Below are positions 33,901 through 47,700 of a stretch of DNA of 64,000 bases, one piece after another (position 1 is the stretch's first letter; each line of letters begins with the position of its first letter). Source of the stretch: Haliotis rufescens. Its lineage: Eukaryota. Location: assembly GCF_023055435.1 (NCBI RefSeq), contig NW_025963891.1:7936001-8000000 (forward strand), read 5' to 3'. The position numbers and the translations under genes were made by a program. Below the pieces are notes generated by a model, which was not told where the DNA came from, did no database searches, and saw nothing but the letters and a program-made list of their open reading frames with translations.

Positions 33901-36658
33901 CTTTGCGTGATGCAATTGTTGTTCCAATACCTAAACCAGGACGTGATCACACAGATCCATCAAATTATCGACCAATTTCATTGACAAGCTGCGTTTGCAA
34001 AACCATGGAACGCATGATAAATAATCGACTTGTTTGGTACTTAGAAACCAATAATCTCATTACAAATATACAATGTGGTTTCCGTAAGAACAGAAGTACT
34101 ATCGATCATTTAGTACGTTTAGAATCATTTGTTAAAAATGCCATAATAAACAAACAATATGCAGTGTCTATCTTTTTCGATCTCGAAAAAGCATATGACA
34201 CTACATGGAAACATGGTACTTTAAAAGATTTACATAACTTTGGATTGCGACTTTTTAACAGACACACAATTTCAAGTCCGCGTGGGCACTACCCTGTCTG
34301 ATCATTATAATCAGGATCAGGGCGTCCCACAGGGCAGTATTTTGTCTGTCACATTATTCAGCATAAAGATCAATAGTTTGACGAAAGTTTTAAATGATTC
34401 AAGTGATGGATCACTTTTTGTGGATGATTTTAATATTTCCTGTCGTGGCAAACACATGCATAAAATCGAAAGGCAACTGCAGCTATGTTTAAATAAAATC
34501 CAGAAATGGTCCCTGGAAAATGGATATAAATTCTTAAAATCTAAAACAAACTGCTTTCATTTTTGTAGAAAATATAAACTGCACAAAGATCCGGAACTTA
34601 TTTTAGATAACACTCCTATTACAGTTGTAAAAGAAGCCAAGTTCCTGGGTATAATTTTCGATCACCATTTGACTTTTCTGCCTCACATTAAATATTTGAA
34701 GAATAAATATCTGAATGCCCTGGATTTACTGAAAGTTGTCTCAAATTCTAAGTGGGGAGGAGATAAGAAAACCCTCCTTCAACTATACAGAGCACTTTTC
34801 CGCTCCAAATAAGATTATGACTCCATCATTTTTGGTGGAGCTTGTAAAACCAATTTAAAATATTCTAGATCCTTTTAACCATCAAGGCCTAAGGTTTTGC
34901 CTTGGAACCTTCCGAACTTCTCCAATACAAAGTTTGTATGTGGAGGCTGATGAGCCGTCCCTTAAACAACGTCGCATTACATTGTCTTGGCAATATGTAT
35001 CTAAATTACGTTCTTTGAAATCAAACCCAGCTTATGATTGTGTTTTTAATCCTCTATACACAAATCTCTACCGAACAAAGTCATCTCTTCGTCCACCGCT
35101 TGGAATAAGAATAGCATCTCATATTTCTGCTGCGCAAATGAAGCTTGAAAACATTGCCCCAAATCAGCTTTTCTCTTCTCCACCATGGCAGTTTGTGAAG
35201 CCAGAGGTGAACCTAACATTAACCAAATTAAAAAAATCTGACACAAATCAATATATTTATCAACAACAATATCATGAATTACGCAACACATATGATACTT
35301 ACGAATCTATATATACAGGTGGATCCAAAGATGGTGACGCTGTTGCCAGCGCCACTGTCGTTGGATCCAGGACTATCCCATCCCACTTACCACTTTACTG
35401 TTCTATTTTTACAGCAGAAGCAAATGCTATTTTTAACAGCACTTAAAGACATCAACAGCCAATCTAAACATAAACAGTTCATAATTTGTTCAGATTCTCT
35501 TTCTTGCCTCCAGGCTATTAAAACATATCATCCACGAATCCACTTATAATTGAAATTATTGAATTGTTTAATGATCTTGCTACTGGCCAATACGACATCG
35601 TTTTCTGTTGGATACCCAGCCATGTTGGAATCACTGGGAACACAATGGCCGATGCTGCTGCAATAGCAGCACTCAACAAATCTGTGACGCCACTTCGTAT
35701 CCCATACACCGATATCAAACCTCTTATCAGATGTTACATCCGAGATCGGATGCAAAAGAAGTGGGACACCCAAGTATATATCAATAAATTACATGAAATT
35801 CAACCAACTATCGGTTACACCTACTTGGGTTGTCAGTCCAGATTTGAAGAGGTCGTAATGCGAAGATGTCATATTGGCAATAGCAGATATACACATGAAC
35901 ATTTATTGAAAGGTGAGGATCCTCCATTTTGTATCCCTTGTGATGAGAGACTGTATTGATTTTGCCATCACAAGGGATAAATATTTATCTTCATCTGTCA
36001 AGGATCTTTTTAATAATATTAATTCTCTTTTAATCATTGGTTTTTTAAAAGAAATAGAATTGTTTGAACGTTTTTGATTGATCTGTTTTTTAAATTGGTA
36101 GATTAAATAAGCAACTGAGATTGTCAGTGGCTGTATCCTCGAAGGGTGTTAAAGCACTGTAATATAATTGTCCCCCAGAGAGGATACGTAAGTTCCACAT
36201 CACTCGAAATAAATTTAAGCCTACCACGATTTTAATCGTAGTATTTTTGTCAGTTTTAATTAATGGCTAAACTTGCATACAGTCGCCAGCGCCTGAAGGG
36301 ATGGTGTAAATCCTGCTGGAGTCCATGTAGGTAGCAAAGGTACTATAAGTCCCCATGGTTCCTAGTATGGGATCTCCCTTCAATTCCTGGCGATCTATAG
36401 CCCGTTCTTACAATGTATTGTTATGTTTAGTAACAGCTTTTTATGGTCACATAATAGTTTTGAAAATTGATATCTGTGATAAGTCTAGTAATTTTACTGT
36501 CCTTTGCTGACAGGTTTTTATATAGTCTAAATTAATGTTTTCTTAATGTATTAATTGCTTTAGTCACGATGTGGCTGAAATATTGCCGATGTGACTTTAA
36601 ATATTAACTCACTCACTCACTCACTCACTCACTCACTCACTCACTCACTCACTCACTC
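30863..36658 (+). mobile_element. Near full-length I-group (Nimb/I-like) non-LTR retrotransposon, inactivated (copy 1)
   Basis: ORF1 from about 31471 with CCHC knuckles (RCYKCQKFGH). ORF2 fragments: APE (MGDLNGHN, DHFP), RT (YRPISLTSC, FFDLEKAYD, GVPQGS, FVDD), RNase H (SDSLS, WIPSHVGITGN). (ACTC)13 tail 36607-36658; many stops and frameshifts. Confidence 0.92.
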
Positions 36659-36939
36659 AGTTTATTTATATCAAGATTTTCACATGATAAACCACAGAAG
36701 TTTACAATCACAAGAGGCAATTATATGTCTTAAATGTGTGGCAGCAGCAATGTCAGTAATAAGAAATAAGAAATGTCAGTGAAATCATGAATGTCCAGGA
36801 TTTGTCACTGCCGAATGTCTTGAATTAGACACGTGTTCCGTTCTTGAACCCAGGGAGGAGTGTCGGAGGCTGTGGCAGGTGCTCGATGTTTTCAGAGAGG
36901 TATCCTGTCCGCACTCGGTAATTAGATAATCTTTTGGAG

Positions 36940-37190
36940 TTTTATTTGTTGTTTAACGCCGCACTCAGCAATATTCCAGCTATATGACGGCGGTCTGTAA
37001 ATAGTCGAGGCTGGACCAGACAATCCAGTGACTGATATCATGAGCAACGATACACGCAATTTGGATACGATGACATGTATCTATCCAAGTCTGCGAGCCT
37101 GACCTACCGAACCCGTTAGTCGCCTTTTACGACAAGCATAGTCGCCTTTTACGGCAAGCATGGGTTGCTGAAGACATATTCCAATCCCGA
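36940..37190 (-). mobile_element. SINE (family with LINE-like head)
   Basis: Paralog of 20325-20592 with the same flank (37200-37330 matches 20600-20728). Confidence 0.8.
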
Positions 37191-37652
37191 GATATATATT
37201 TTGACACTAGCTTGGGTTATGTCTAAGGTTAGGGTTATCTTAGTCTGTATGTATTTCTCAGCCCCTCAATCTGAAAGAAAAGTACAGGGAAGTCACCTAA
37301 CCTGAAGTACAATTAATTAGGAGCTTTTTTACACTGACCAAATTACTTATATTTTCACAAAATGCAGTCCAAAACAAGTATCCCTAGTCGATGTTGTTAT
37401 TCTCTTGTATACGTGAAGATTCACAACACAAGTCCGTCTGCGGGTCGATAACTCTTTATTATTTGGTGAGGTCCTCAACTGAAGACAATTGATACCAACC
37501 ACCCATCCCCCTCTGGGTTATAAATCTATGAGAAAGATGCCATATTCAAAAACATTTTGTATGACTGAGCTCATCATGACTCGTCCACAATCCGTATGAC
37601 ACGGGGAGATGACTGAAAAGCCAACTGTATGAAGTTTAAGTCCCAACATTCT

Positions 37653-38130
37653 GAGTGAGTGAGTGAGTTTAATTAAAGTCACGTCGGCAATATTTCAGCC
37701 ATGATGTGACTTGAACGAGTTGGACAATATTAATAAAAAACTGTCGACGAAGGACAGTGTAATAACTAGCAATATATCACAGATTGACTTAAAACTAGTT
37801 CTAGAACATTAAAACTATTTGATCATTTGAATACGACACAATATAAAAATGGGGCTAAAGATCACCAGCAACAAGGTTAAGGTCACCATACTAGGGACCA
37901 AGGGGACTTACGGTACCTCTGCTACCTGCATGGTTCCCCAGAAGGATTTACACCTTTACCCAAGTTACTGGTGATTGTTGCAAGTTTAACCAGAGATTAA
38001 AATCAACAAATATTCTGCAGTTTAAATAGAGGTAGATATAAACATACTTTGAAAGAGGTGGTTTTACATACCCTCTCAGGGGGACAATAATTTTACGCCC
38101 CAACATTCTGAGGACATACCTGGCTTTTCA
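37653..38130 (-). mobile_element. Diverged 3'-UTR fragment of a related LINE in inverted orientation
   Basis: Reverse complement aligns by eye with 36127-36658 (ggctgaaatattgccga, gtaggtagca.aggtac.taagtccc, attgtccccc.gagagg) and ends in (ACTC)n. Confidence 0.75.
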
Positions 38131-39979
38131 CACACCTTTAAGTAAATATTGCCTGTCCTCACGTACCTCATAAGGATTGTGAATGAGGTACCACAGTCAA
38201 AAAAATACATCAACAATGGATTTTCAAAGATAAATTTGAAGTTAAATTTCGTGTGATGTTTATTATTTGAGGGTGACCCTTTTTTACAGATACATACGAC
38301 CACGATATACAATCAATGCCATAAACACATACAACCAATTGAATGTTGATATTGATATATTTACAGTCGAGAATCTGTCACCACAAGCCAAATAGTAAAT
38401 ATACCACAAACTATAAAGTTGCGTAAATTCGGTGGAAGTATATATTTATGTGCAAGTGCTGGTATAAATCTTATAGCTATAACTAAATTAGCCCTAGCAT
38501 ATCAATGTACAGCACAGCCATGTTCGTTCCATACCATTACACTCTCATAAAATGAACATTTCTCATCACAATAATTCTGTCTAAAAGTGTAACTCGCCTC
38601 GGGTTGAAAGGCCATCGCACAATCCACCAGCTAACTCTACCGCATAACTATATGAAACCTGGGGGTTCTCCAAGACCCAAGGCAATGGCCTGATGGCTCT
38701 TTATCCCCAGGTGCCTTATCCTTGTGTATTTACAGTTGACATCAATCTTAGAACACGACATGCAGACTGACTGGATGCTTTTCACAATTTCTGTCTATCA
38801 TAAATGAATATATACCATACTCTGATGATTACCGAACTGCCAGTTGTATGTGGATACTATATTATATAACATTACAAATATTTACATCCGAACATATATC
38901 TTTGGATAATACTGTTAAATATCCATTTCACATAAACAAATTGCATCAGTTTGATGTCGTCTTTTAAATGATACAGGTGTATAATGGAAACGTATGCTAC
39001 AGCACTTATAATCTGCGCTTATCATGTTATATCGAGTTCCATCATATGCAGGTAAAAAATAATTATCTAACTAAATATTAACTAAACAGCATCGCGACAC
39101 GTTAATTATATTACACATTGATGCATGCATAACTTTGTATGAAAAGGAGCACATTCATATGTCCATGATTGCCATGGCACCGGCAGCTTCAGCACGACAT
39201 GAAGATCAAAGTACGAAGTATTACAAGCAAAGGCAAACAGTGACATGGGTTATTTGTTTCACGAAATACTTACTGCAAATCAGATTCCATGAAGATACAC
39301 AACGAAATTTCCATGCGCATGCAATGGCAATGTCGAGGACGTTGGTAACAGGTCCAGTCCTCGAAATTCACGAACTAACGTGATTATTTCATTAGTTAAT
39401 CTTTTAGAAGATCTCGAAGCCAGGGCCGCATGAAGGTAGCAAAGCAGGACCTTTTGCGAATTAATTTCGATGATTTGCTACCTCTACTTAAAAGTTATAT
39501 TCCATTATGCCTCTAAGATTCTAAAATGATATAATTAAAACTGAAAAAGGTATTCAAGAACCAAAGACAATGAACTTCCTTCCACCATTGCATCATACAT
39601 TATTTAACTCCAAACAAGTCCTACAAAGTGAACATTTTAATGATTCGATGGCACATTTATCAGACTATGTGATTGCAGAGATGTTCATACGCATCTGATG
39701 GATGTTTTTGGAATGTATGATCAAAAGTGGGCAAATTGAAATAATGAACCAGTTGAATACATTTCTGTGTGGATCAAATCCATTCGTAACATAGTTACTG
39801 GAATGATTCACAAACTTCGTCGACATGACAAAAAACACCAATTTAGTTGTGTCATTATTCCAACTGTCAAAGTGTCAACCAATATATCACTTTCATTTGT
39901 AAGCAAACATTATATGAACTATCTGTTCAAGGATGTTTCCATTAGTGGATAACTTTTAATCCATCACATGAAGCAGGTC

Positions 39980-40930
39980 TGAAATGGAAACATGTGACAA
40001 TCATGAATTATTTCTATGTATTCGTAGAATTTCTAAAACATCTGTAAATAAACCCCTTCCCGCTTTGTACTGGATTCCTAATCTTTATAAAAATCCATAT
40101 AATGAGAGAAATAGTGCAGGGTCTGCCAAGGCAAAACTACTATCAATAATTCAGACAGGTGGAATTAATCACATATGGCTCTTGAAAGAGTCAAAAGAAA
40201 TACTGTATATACTGTCAGACCAGAAACACTAATTCAAGTAAAAAATAATTGATTTTTTTTCTCCCATTTGCACAACAGTCCCTCACAATAACTTGAAAGG
40301 GAACTTGTATTCCCTAAATAGTAGGGATTTTGTTTCAAAAGTAACTTTATTCAGAATATTCAGATTCACAAATGAGTGAGTATTTGGGCTGGATTTCCTG
40401 ATTGACAATATATTTGTCAAACATGAGGATAGAACATGTCGTAGGATTTCCTAGTAGATCTGTTTCTCTTTGCATATGTATTGGAATTTGTTAAATTGTT
40501 AACGACTTTAGTTAAATCAATGAAAGGACGCGTTGCCAATAAGTGCAACCTCAGTTTAAGATATATGAATGATCTAATTACTTTCAACAATGCCAAGGTA
40601 AATGGGTATGTTCACCTCATCTATCCACAATAGCAGACGGAAAGCAACGAAACAAAGACAAAGGAGAAACCATATTCAGAGTCGAATCTGGATCTGTGCT
40701 CAGAAATGCAAACTGATGGCACCCTCTGTACAAAGCTGTACGACAAGAGGGGTGGTTACAGATTCCAAACATGAATTTCCCCTTCATGTTGAGGCATACA
40801 GCATCAGCTCCATCTACAATTTTCAATTGCTTTGATAATTTTAATAAAGCATGTACATTTTATTTGATGATGATTTATATGGAAAAGGTTGATTAATGGA
40901 CAAAAGGGACATGGTACGATGAAGAGCGGA
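39980..40930 (+). mobile_element. Decayed Penelope-like retroelement
   Basis: LPALYWIPNLYKNPY..R..AGS, FLIDNIFV, RYMNDLITFNN, YVHLIYP and KLYDKR readings. Confidence 0.7.
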
Positions 40931-41422
40931 TGTGAATTCCCCCAGCACAGCACAGCTTAGATTATTCTTGTAATAGTCAGCTTCAAATGCTTCATGGTTT
41001 CAGAAGAATTCTCAGTATTGTAATGTTTACATTGGACAAACGACGAAGACTACACGCCACACAATAGGAACACTCAATTAACAATTAAAGGTTGTTTTGT
41101 ATTCAGAAGGTGGTTTAGACATACATTGTTGACTAAAATGGATAATTGGGGTTTTGCAATAAATGACCTTGCTTATTGAAAGTCATTGTACTCTGATGGC
41201 ATAGACCATGACATAAAGTCATGTTGAAGCATAATAATTTAAAGACCGATTTAATGTATGTATGATGTATGATGTTCATAGTTTAATTAGATAAACAATT
41301 TAAGCATTTACAGATCAAGTTGGGAAGGTGTTGCATCGAGGTCTTCGCCAATAGAGGGTTATGTGTCCATGAATTGGTTCATTTTGGATTTCATGCAATA
41401 ATAGTAAAAGATTTTTACCTTT

Positions 41423-42607
41423 TCAAATGACAAGGGCAAAGAAAATAATACCACAACCAACATTAAGCAGAAAGAATAATTTAAGACACAGAGCATCAAC
41501 TGCAAGTGATACATCTTTCCAGGTGACCACTGTATTGCACTTCTTCTGATCAATGTCTTCAACTGGATCGTCCTGTTCATCAGATTCCATTGCATTCATA
41601 GGCGGATTAGGAATAACATATTTCCAAAATGTGACATAATTCTGCAACACTACAGGTACATCTCCCGTTCTCTGATGGATCCTAAGAATGAAAACTGATA
41701 TTGTCACAGCAAGGGAGCTTAGAGTGAGGAGCAGGGTCATGTAGATGGTGAGGTAGGACGTCTGTAGGGACGTCCTGGGCATGTTGTTGCTCATCTGCGT
41801 CAGAAACAAGCTGAATGAGAGGAGAACCGTCATGGAGAGAGACACTTTATCCCCGTATTGTATAGGCAGAGCAAAGACCACGGAGCTGAGGAGGGACAGA
41901 AACATGACGGGGATGATGAGATTGAGGACATAATATGACGCCCGACGCTGTAAGATTGCTGTTACAACGATTTCAGGAAATTTGATATCAGCGGTAGCGG
42001 ATGACAAAGTTTTAATCTTCCACAGTCCATTCACATTAGTTGTGACGGTACTGCTGTCTTCATTAATTGAAGGTATGAAACGAGCAGATGCGTTCGTGGT
42101 CGTCCATGTGGAGAGATTCAGATGACAGGTCTGGGTATCAAATGGAAAATGTGTAATGTCAAACTCACACTGACTTTGGTAGAGATCCCCGTGTTCCCAT
42201 ACAACCGTTCCAGAATGATGTACACAAGCAGGCGCATTCAGATTGTTCAGCAGCTTGCGCTCTTCAACTGTGTTCATGAGCGTTATGTCGGGCATCCATA
42301 TATTTTCACTTGACATACAGATCATCTCTATCCCTGCATAATCCGAAATGTTCCACCTCAATGAATCATCCCGCCACTTAAAGAAAAACCATCCATTTGT
42401 GGTCATAGATTGTTGCCTCTCATTAAGCTCCGTAATTTGCGACAAAGTAAATCTTACATCTATATCCAACCTGGTTTCACTTGGAAAAACTTGCGGCTCA
42501 TAGTCATCTTGCAAAAAATGAAGAAGTCTCTTCTGTTCTTTGATGCTGGTCCCTCGACATAAACAAATCAATGTAGTCAAGCAGATGAAATGTTTGAAGA
42601 TCACCAT
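41423..42607 (-). CDS. Intronless atypical nAChR-like subunit, paralog C (394 aa)
   Basis: Complete ORF colinear with A; distinct loop D (WFFFKW), loop E (TVVWEH), loop F (SINEDSS) and loop C (ADIKF). Confidence 0.95.
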   Translation of the reverse strand: MVIFKHFICLTTLICLCRGTSIKEQKRLLHFLQDDYEPQVFPSETRLDIDVRFTLSQITELNERQQSMTTNGWFFFKWRDDSLRWNISDYAGIEMICMSSENIWMPDITLMNTVEERKLLNNLNAPACVHHSGTVVWEHGDLYQSQCEFDITHFPFDTQTCHLNLSTWTTTNASARFIPSINEDSSTVTTNVNGLWKIKTLSSATADIKFPEIVVTAILQRRASYYVLNLIIPVMFLSLLSSVVFALPIQYGDKVSLSMTVLLSFSLFLTQMSNNMPRTSLQTSYLTIYMTLLLTLSSLAVTISVFILRIHQRTGDVPVVLQNYVTFWKYVIPNPPMNAMESDEQDDPVEDIDQKKCNTVVTWKDVSLAVDALCLKLFFLLNVGCGIIFFALVI

Positions 42608-44372
42608 TGCTACCTATTTATATATGCATCTGTACTGAATACCAGACTGAGAGATGTTCGATAGGAGAAATGCTTAACACTACTGTATAGTATTGTAGTT
42701 ATATCAAAGCGTGTCAGCTTAATGTTGAAGGAACACCCTCGACAGGAGGCGCCAATGCCTTCTGAGGGATTTTATGTCCGTGTTTCACACTCAAGTGTTA
42801 TAATGGAACCTGCTGTAGTTCAAGTATTAACACGAGAAATCATAAAATTTCGCCTCTTCTCTCAATGGCTCAACACACTGGCAACATGAAAACCCATTAC
42901 TGGCTAAGGAGCATAATGGCATAGGAGTATTTGCACAATCATTCTCTTATCATATTGCATCTGTTGAACAGACACGATTCTGGTTCAATGCAAATAACCG
43001 ATTACTTCAATAATGTGTTTTGAATATTCCTTTAGTTCAGGTGATAGAGGAAACATTTACCAAATACGTCCAAGTTATTTCTCATCAATGCTGTATATGG
43101 GTCGATGATTTTATCACTGGTGTTTATTTTACAATGTAACGGCACCTCATACAAAACATAGAGGTGACAACACATACATTCTGCATTAGGTAATCATCAT
43201 CGACAATTAAATGACATGTTTTGTAATGAGACTGGTACGTTGGGAGCATGTCTGGTATCATAATAGGAATTTACTAATCAACTTTCTTTGTTCTATAATA
43301 TTGAGGACGCACACATCTGAAAACAATTTAGGTTTTAGAATGTTTGTGATAACGAAGTGATAATGCTAATAAGGTTTTAGACACCTTCATCTGCACTTGA
43401 CCTTGGTCATTACTGACGATATTGTAAAAATAAGATATCTCCTTTTTCATAAACTGTTAAAACGGCATGACCTGGAACTGCTTATATTGTGCGTCTAGCG
43501 TGACAGAATTAATACTGTCACCTATTATCTCGGTGGAACATAAACGTTCTCATTGTTTGAAAAGTGGACTGAAACTTACATACCACTGGACACTTAATCA
43601 CTACTTACATATTTCACTGGTATGTATATTTGTAATATTGACCTTATCGGACATGTGTAATGCAGTTCAAATATAATCAGTCCCCGCCGTGATATTGCTG
43701 GAATATTGCTAAAAGCGGCAAAAAAACATACTCACTCACTCACTTACTCAAATATAATCAACAAAACTCTTCTCATAAGAAATCTCTGCAAAAGGCAGAG
43801 TCGATTGTAAGATTACGACTATATCATGAGCATGTGTTTATTAATCCCTAATTGTGATGATACCAGGCGTTTGCGAAAAGGTGAGCGTATCCTTCCTCAC
43901 TGGTAGTGGCACCCATCACAAACACATGCAAAGGCAGGTCAATTGCTCGCATGAAAAAACACGGGAACATGTGGCACAATTGTGGACATTGTTCTTGTCA
44001 CTCATGCGTCGAATTTGAAGCTTTCTTAGGCCTTGAATGTTCTTACCTTGATCAAACAGCTTTGAAACAGCTTTTAAACAGCTTTTGAAATCTCCACTGT
44101 ATTATTCCGACTATATCATGAGCAAGTATTGACGAATCACTATCAAATAGCGATAATGCCAGGTGTTTCCGAGAAAGTGAGTGTACCCTGAAACATACCT
44201 TAGGCTTGCTTCGTCCAGGTTTAAGTATTTTCACAATATGTAATGGCTGTGTATGGAATTGAACGCTTTGATAATGACTGATATAAACGAGATACAAATG
44301 AAATGTTACTAAGAGAACCATAGTACCTTAGAATACAGAAGATTGCTTTTGATCATTAATCATTCTGGGAAA

Positions 44373-44637
44373 AGGGGCAGGGGTGGTCCAGTCATCTAAG
44401 GCGCCGCGATTCGCTGTGCAGAGTTGCACGCCAGGAACCTATGTTTGTGGGTTCGAATCCCGGTTCGCCCCGATTATGTTTCTAGGTTTGTCAGCACCAT
44501 ACCCGTGCTCGTGGGTCTCACCGAAGTGGTAAACGTTTGACACCTGCATTACTTCGGGCTTTCCTCCCACACTGAGCTGCGATATAACTGTAATACTGTT
44601 AAAAGCGGTGCTCAACCAAACTCACTAACTCACTCAT
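44373..44637 (+). mobile_element. tRNA-derived SINE (15048 family)
   Basis: Paralog of 29992-30263; B box GGTTCGAATCC. Confidence 0.8.
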
Positions 44638-44740
44638 TCTTAGAAAATGTGTATTCGGTGTTTTGTCTTGTCTTGAGTCAATTGAAGTGCTTTGATCTTC
44701 AAAAAATGAACTATCATGACAAAATTGTCAAAACATTAGT

Positions 44741-44798
44741 GGCACTCGTGAAGAGCAACCTCCCCGTGGTGAGTGCTTGGTAACGCTAATAGCTCTTC
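44741..44798 (+). ncRNA. Candidate minimal HDV-like ribozyme (second copy)
   Basis: Identical to 30863-30920. Confidence 0.7.
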
Positions 44799-47700
44799 CC
44801 TCGTGTGGAACCGGGGTAGAATTTGTCCACAGCACCCCGTTGCTGGTCGTAAAAGGCGACCAAATTGGGCAACCCGTTTGCCGTGGGTTGCGCCCCTGTG
44901 TCGGTGGAGGACGGGATTCTGGTGGTTGATGGCACTGGAGCCAGGAACAGGTGTTCCTTTTGCCAAACTTACCACTTTGACCCTTACTACACCTAGACGG
45001 GTGGTTGAATTGGCCCGAATCAAAGGAAATAAATTGTTTATCATAAGATATGATTATGTTATTAATGCCAATTTATATTTTGCCTAGAGTCTTATGCCAG
45101 AAGGCGGTGGCTCATGGGCCAATCTGGTGATACGGACCGCTGAATTCTGTGTTTTTATAGGAAAATGCCATGGGCCGAATCAGCCTGACATTTGTCCTTT
45201 TATTAACAACAGCTTTTCATGTCTTTATTTCTGGAGTATAAAACCCCTGTAACCCTGGTGTTCCAGACTGGTTTCCACTGTGGCACTGCCCTTGTTGACA
45301 CTCGATGGCGGGTGCGGAGCAGGGGTGCTGAAATATTTTCTTACAACATGGCTTTCAATCCTCATTCTGGTTCATCTAAAACAAACAAACGCAGGCATAT
45401 AGATTCTCTTTCATCTGATGAAGATGTCCCTTTACTTCACAGGTAACTGACTCATGGCCAAGGTTCATTGTCAAAAAAACTCAATCCTTTTGCAATCTCA
45501 AAGGGAATACAAAGTATTTGTGGGGAAGTAAAGAACGTCATACGTTTACGATCTGGCTCAATCCTTGTGGAATGTGATCGGAGGCAGCAATCTGTTAATC
45601 TGCTGGGTCTCCAGCAGTTTGTTAACACAAAGGATGTGGTTTCTGAACACAAATCCCTGAATTCAAGCAGAGACATTGTGAGAGATCGTGCTCGCTGTTC
45701 ACGTTTTCACTTTCAACTCTCCCCAAATCAATCAAAGCTGGTTACTTTTCCATCGGAGTGGAGGTTTATGTTCCAAATCCACTCTGGTGTTACAAGTGTC
45801 AGAAATTCGGTCACGGGGCTAAATTTTGCACTGCCAAGACAAGATGCTTCCGTTGCAGCAGATCTCATGAAAGCTCAGATTGCACAAATGACATCAAATG
45901 TGCCAACTGTGACGGAAAGCACTTGTCTTCATCCAAATCCTGTCCGGTTTTTGAACGCGAAACTAAAATACTAAAACTTAAATGTACAAATAGTTACTTT
46001 TTCCATCCCTCATTCCAAACAATAAAACCTATTCAGCTACTGTATCTTCCACCAAACCAGCTCCCACAATGTCAACGGCATCTACTCAAACAGACATCTC
46101 TTGGGTACAGGCTGACCTCATAAACCTTGGTGACCAATTGACAACTGCTTCTACAACACAGTCTAAGCCTTCAGAACCAGACAAGATACATGAAATTGAA
46201 AATGTTCAGGGTAAAGCCAATTTGTCCAAAAAACAAACAAAAAAGCAAATGAGAAGGGCCAGGGCACTTCAGCACTTGGAGGTGCCTTCTCCTACAAATA
46301 CCCCTGTAGAGGTTCATAACCCTTTTGAACCTTTGGCGATGGATGCTGTTCTCTAAGCCCCAGTCCATGGGAAAGGGTTTATCTCGCTCACGATCTCCAG
46401 TTGAGCCACCATGAACGGCTCTAATAAAATTATTTAGTGGAATTGCAGAGGGCTAAAGAATAATTTTAATGATTTACAGTTATTAATACTAGATTTTAAA
46501 CCATCAGCATTTTGTTTACAGGAAACTTTTTTTAAAGATACCGACCAACTCCAGATAAGATGACATAATTCATATAACAATTTCTCTTTTCCAGGACCTA
46601 AAGTCACTGGAGGATCTTCCGTATTGGTAAGGCAGGGTGTTATACATAGCCCTGTTCCTCTAAATACACCCCTTCAAGCTGTTGCTGTTCGGTTTACTGT
46701 AAACATTGTATTTACATTATGCTCACTTTATGTTCCTCCATCTTCTCATCTTCAACAAACTGATCTTCAAGCACTATATGACCAGCTCCCCAAGCCCTGT
46801 ATCATTATGGGCGACTTAAATGGACATAATCCACTTTGGGGAAGTGCTGATTCCAAACGGAAAGGGAAGATACTAGAAGATTTCATTTGATAACGCTTTA
46901 TGCATTTTTGATGATAACTCTAAAACCTATTTACATCCTGGTACAGGCACCTATCCCCCACTTGACTTATCACTTACAACCTCAGATTTACTTAATGAAT
47001 TCGAATGGTCAGTCCACGACGACCTCTGTGGAAGTGACCATTTTCCAACTATTCTTCAAACAATAGCCCCTACTGATAATCCTCCATCATCTAGATGGAA
47101 TTTCACAAAAGCTAACTGGTAATTGTTCGAGTTACTCTGTAAGAGCAAATTAAATCCTGATCGTTTTGTTGATGTTCCTGATTCATAAAAGTGTTCTCTG
47201 ATGAACTAAACAAAAAAGGTGATGAATGTATCCCCAAGTCCTCTGCAAATCCACACATTCGTAAACCATGGTTTATGATACGTGCAAGCAAGCTAGAAAG
47301 GCACGGAAGAAATCCGAACATTATTCCCGTCGCCATCCTATGGTGCATAATTTAAATAAATTCAAAATTCTAAATGCTAAAAAGCGGCGTACATTTAAGC
47401 AAAATAAACGTATGTCTTGGCAAGCTTACGTTTAAAAAATAAATTCACGAACGCCGATGGCCAAGGTATGGAACATGATCCAGAAAATCAAAGGTAAGGG
47501 ATATAAATCTGGCATTCACAATCTTAAGAATGGAAATGAGTTGTTAACTGATAAATCTGATATTGCAAATAAACTGGGTGAAACTTTGGCCAAACATTCT
47601 TCCTGTTCCAATTATGTGCCTCAATTTAAGAAATACCAAAAGCAGCAGGAAAAGAAAACTATTCATTTTAATTCAGATAATGGGGAAGATTACAATGAAA

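Larger units (their letters stand above)
29150..42740. repeat. Roughly 14 kb tandem segmental duplication unit, repeated at about 43570-57100
   Basis: SINEs, full LINE, inverted LINE tail, Penelope relic and receptor gene recur in the same order. Gene spacing is 13681 (B-C) and 14361 (C-D). Confidence 0.95.
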
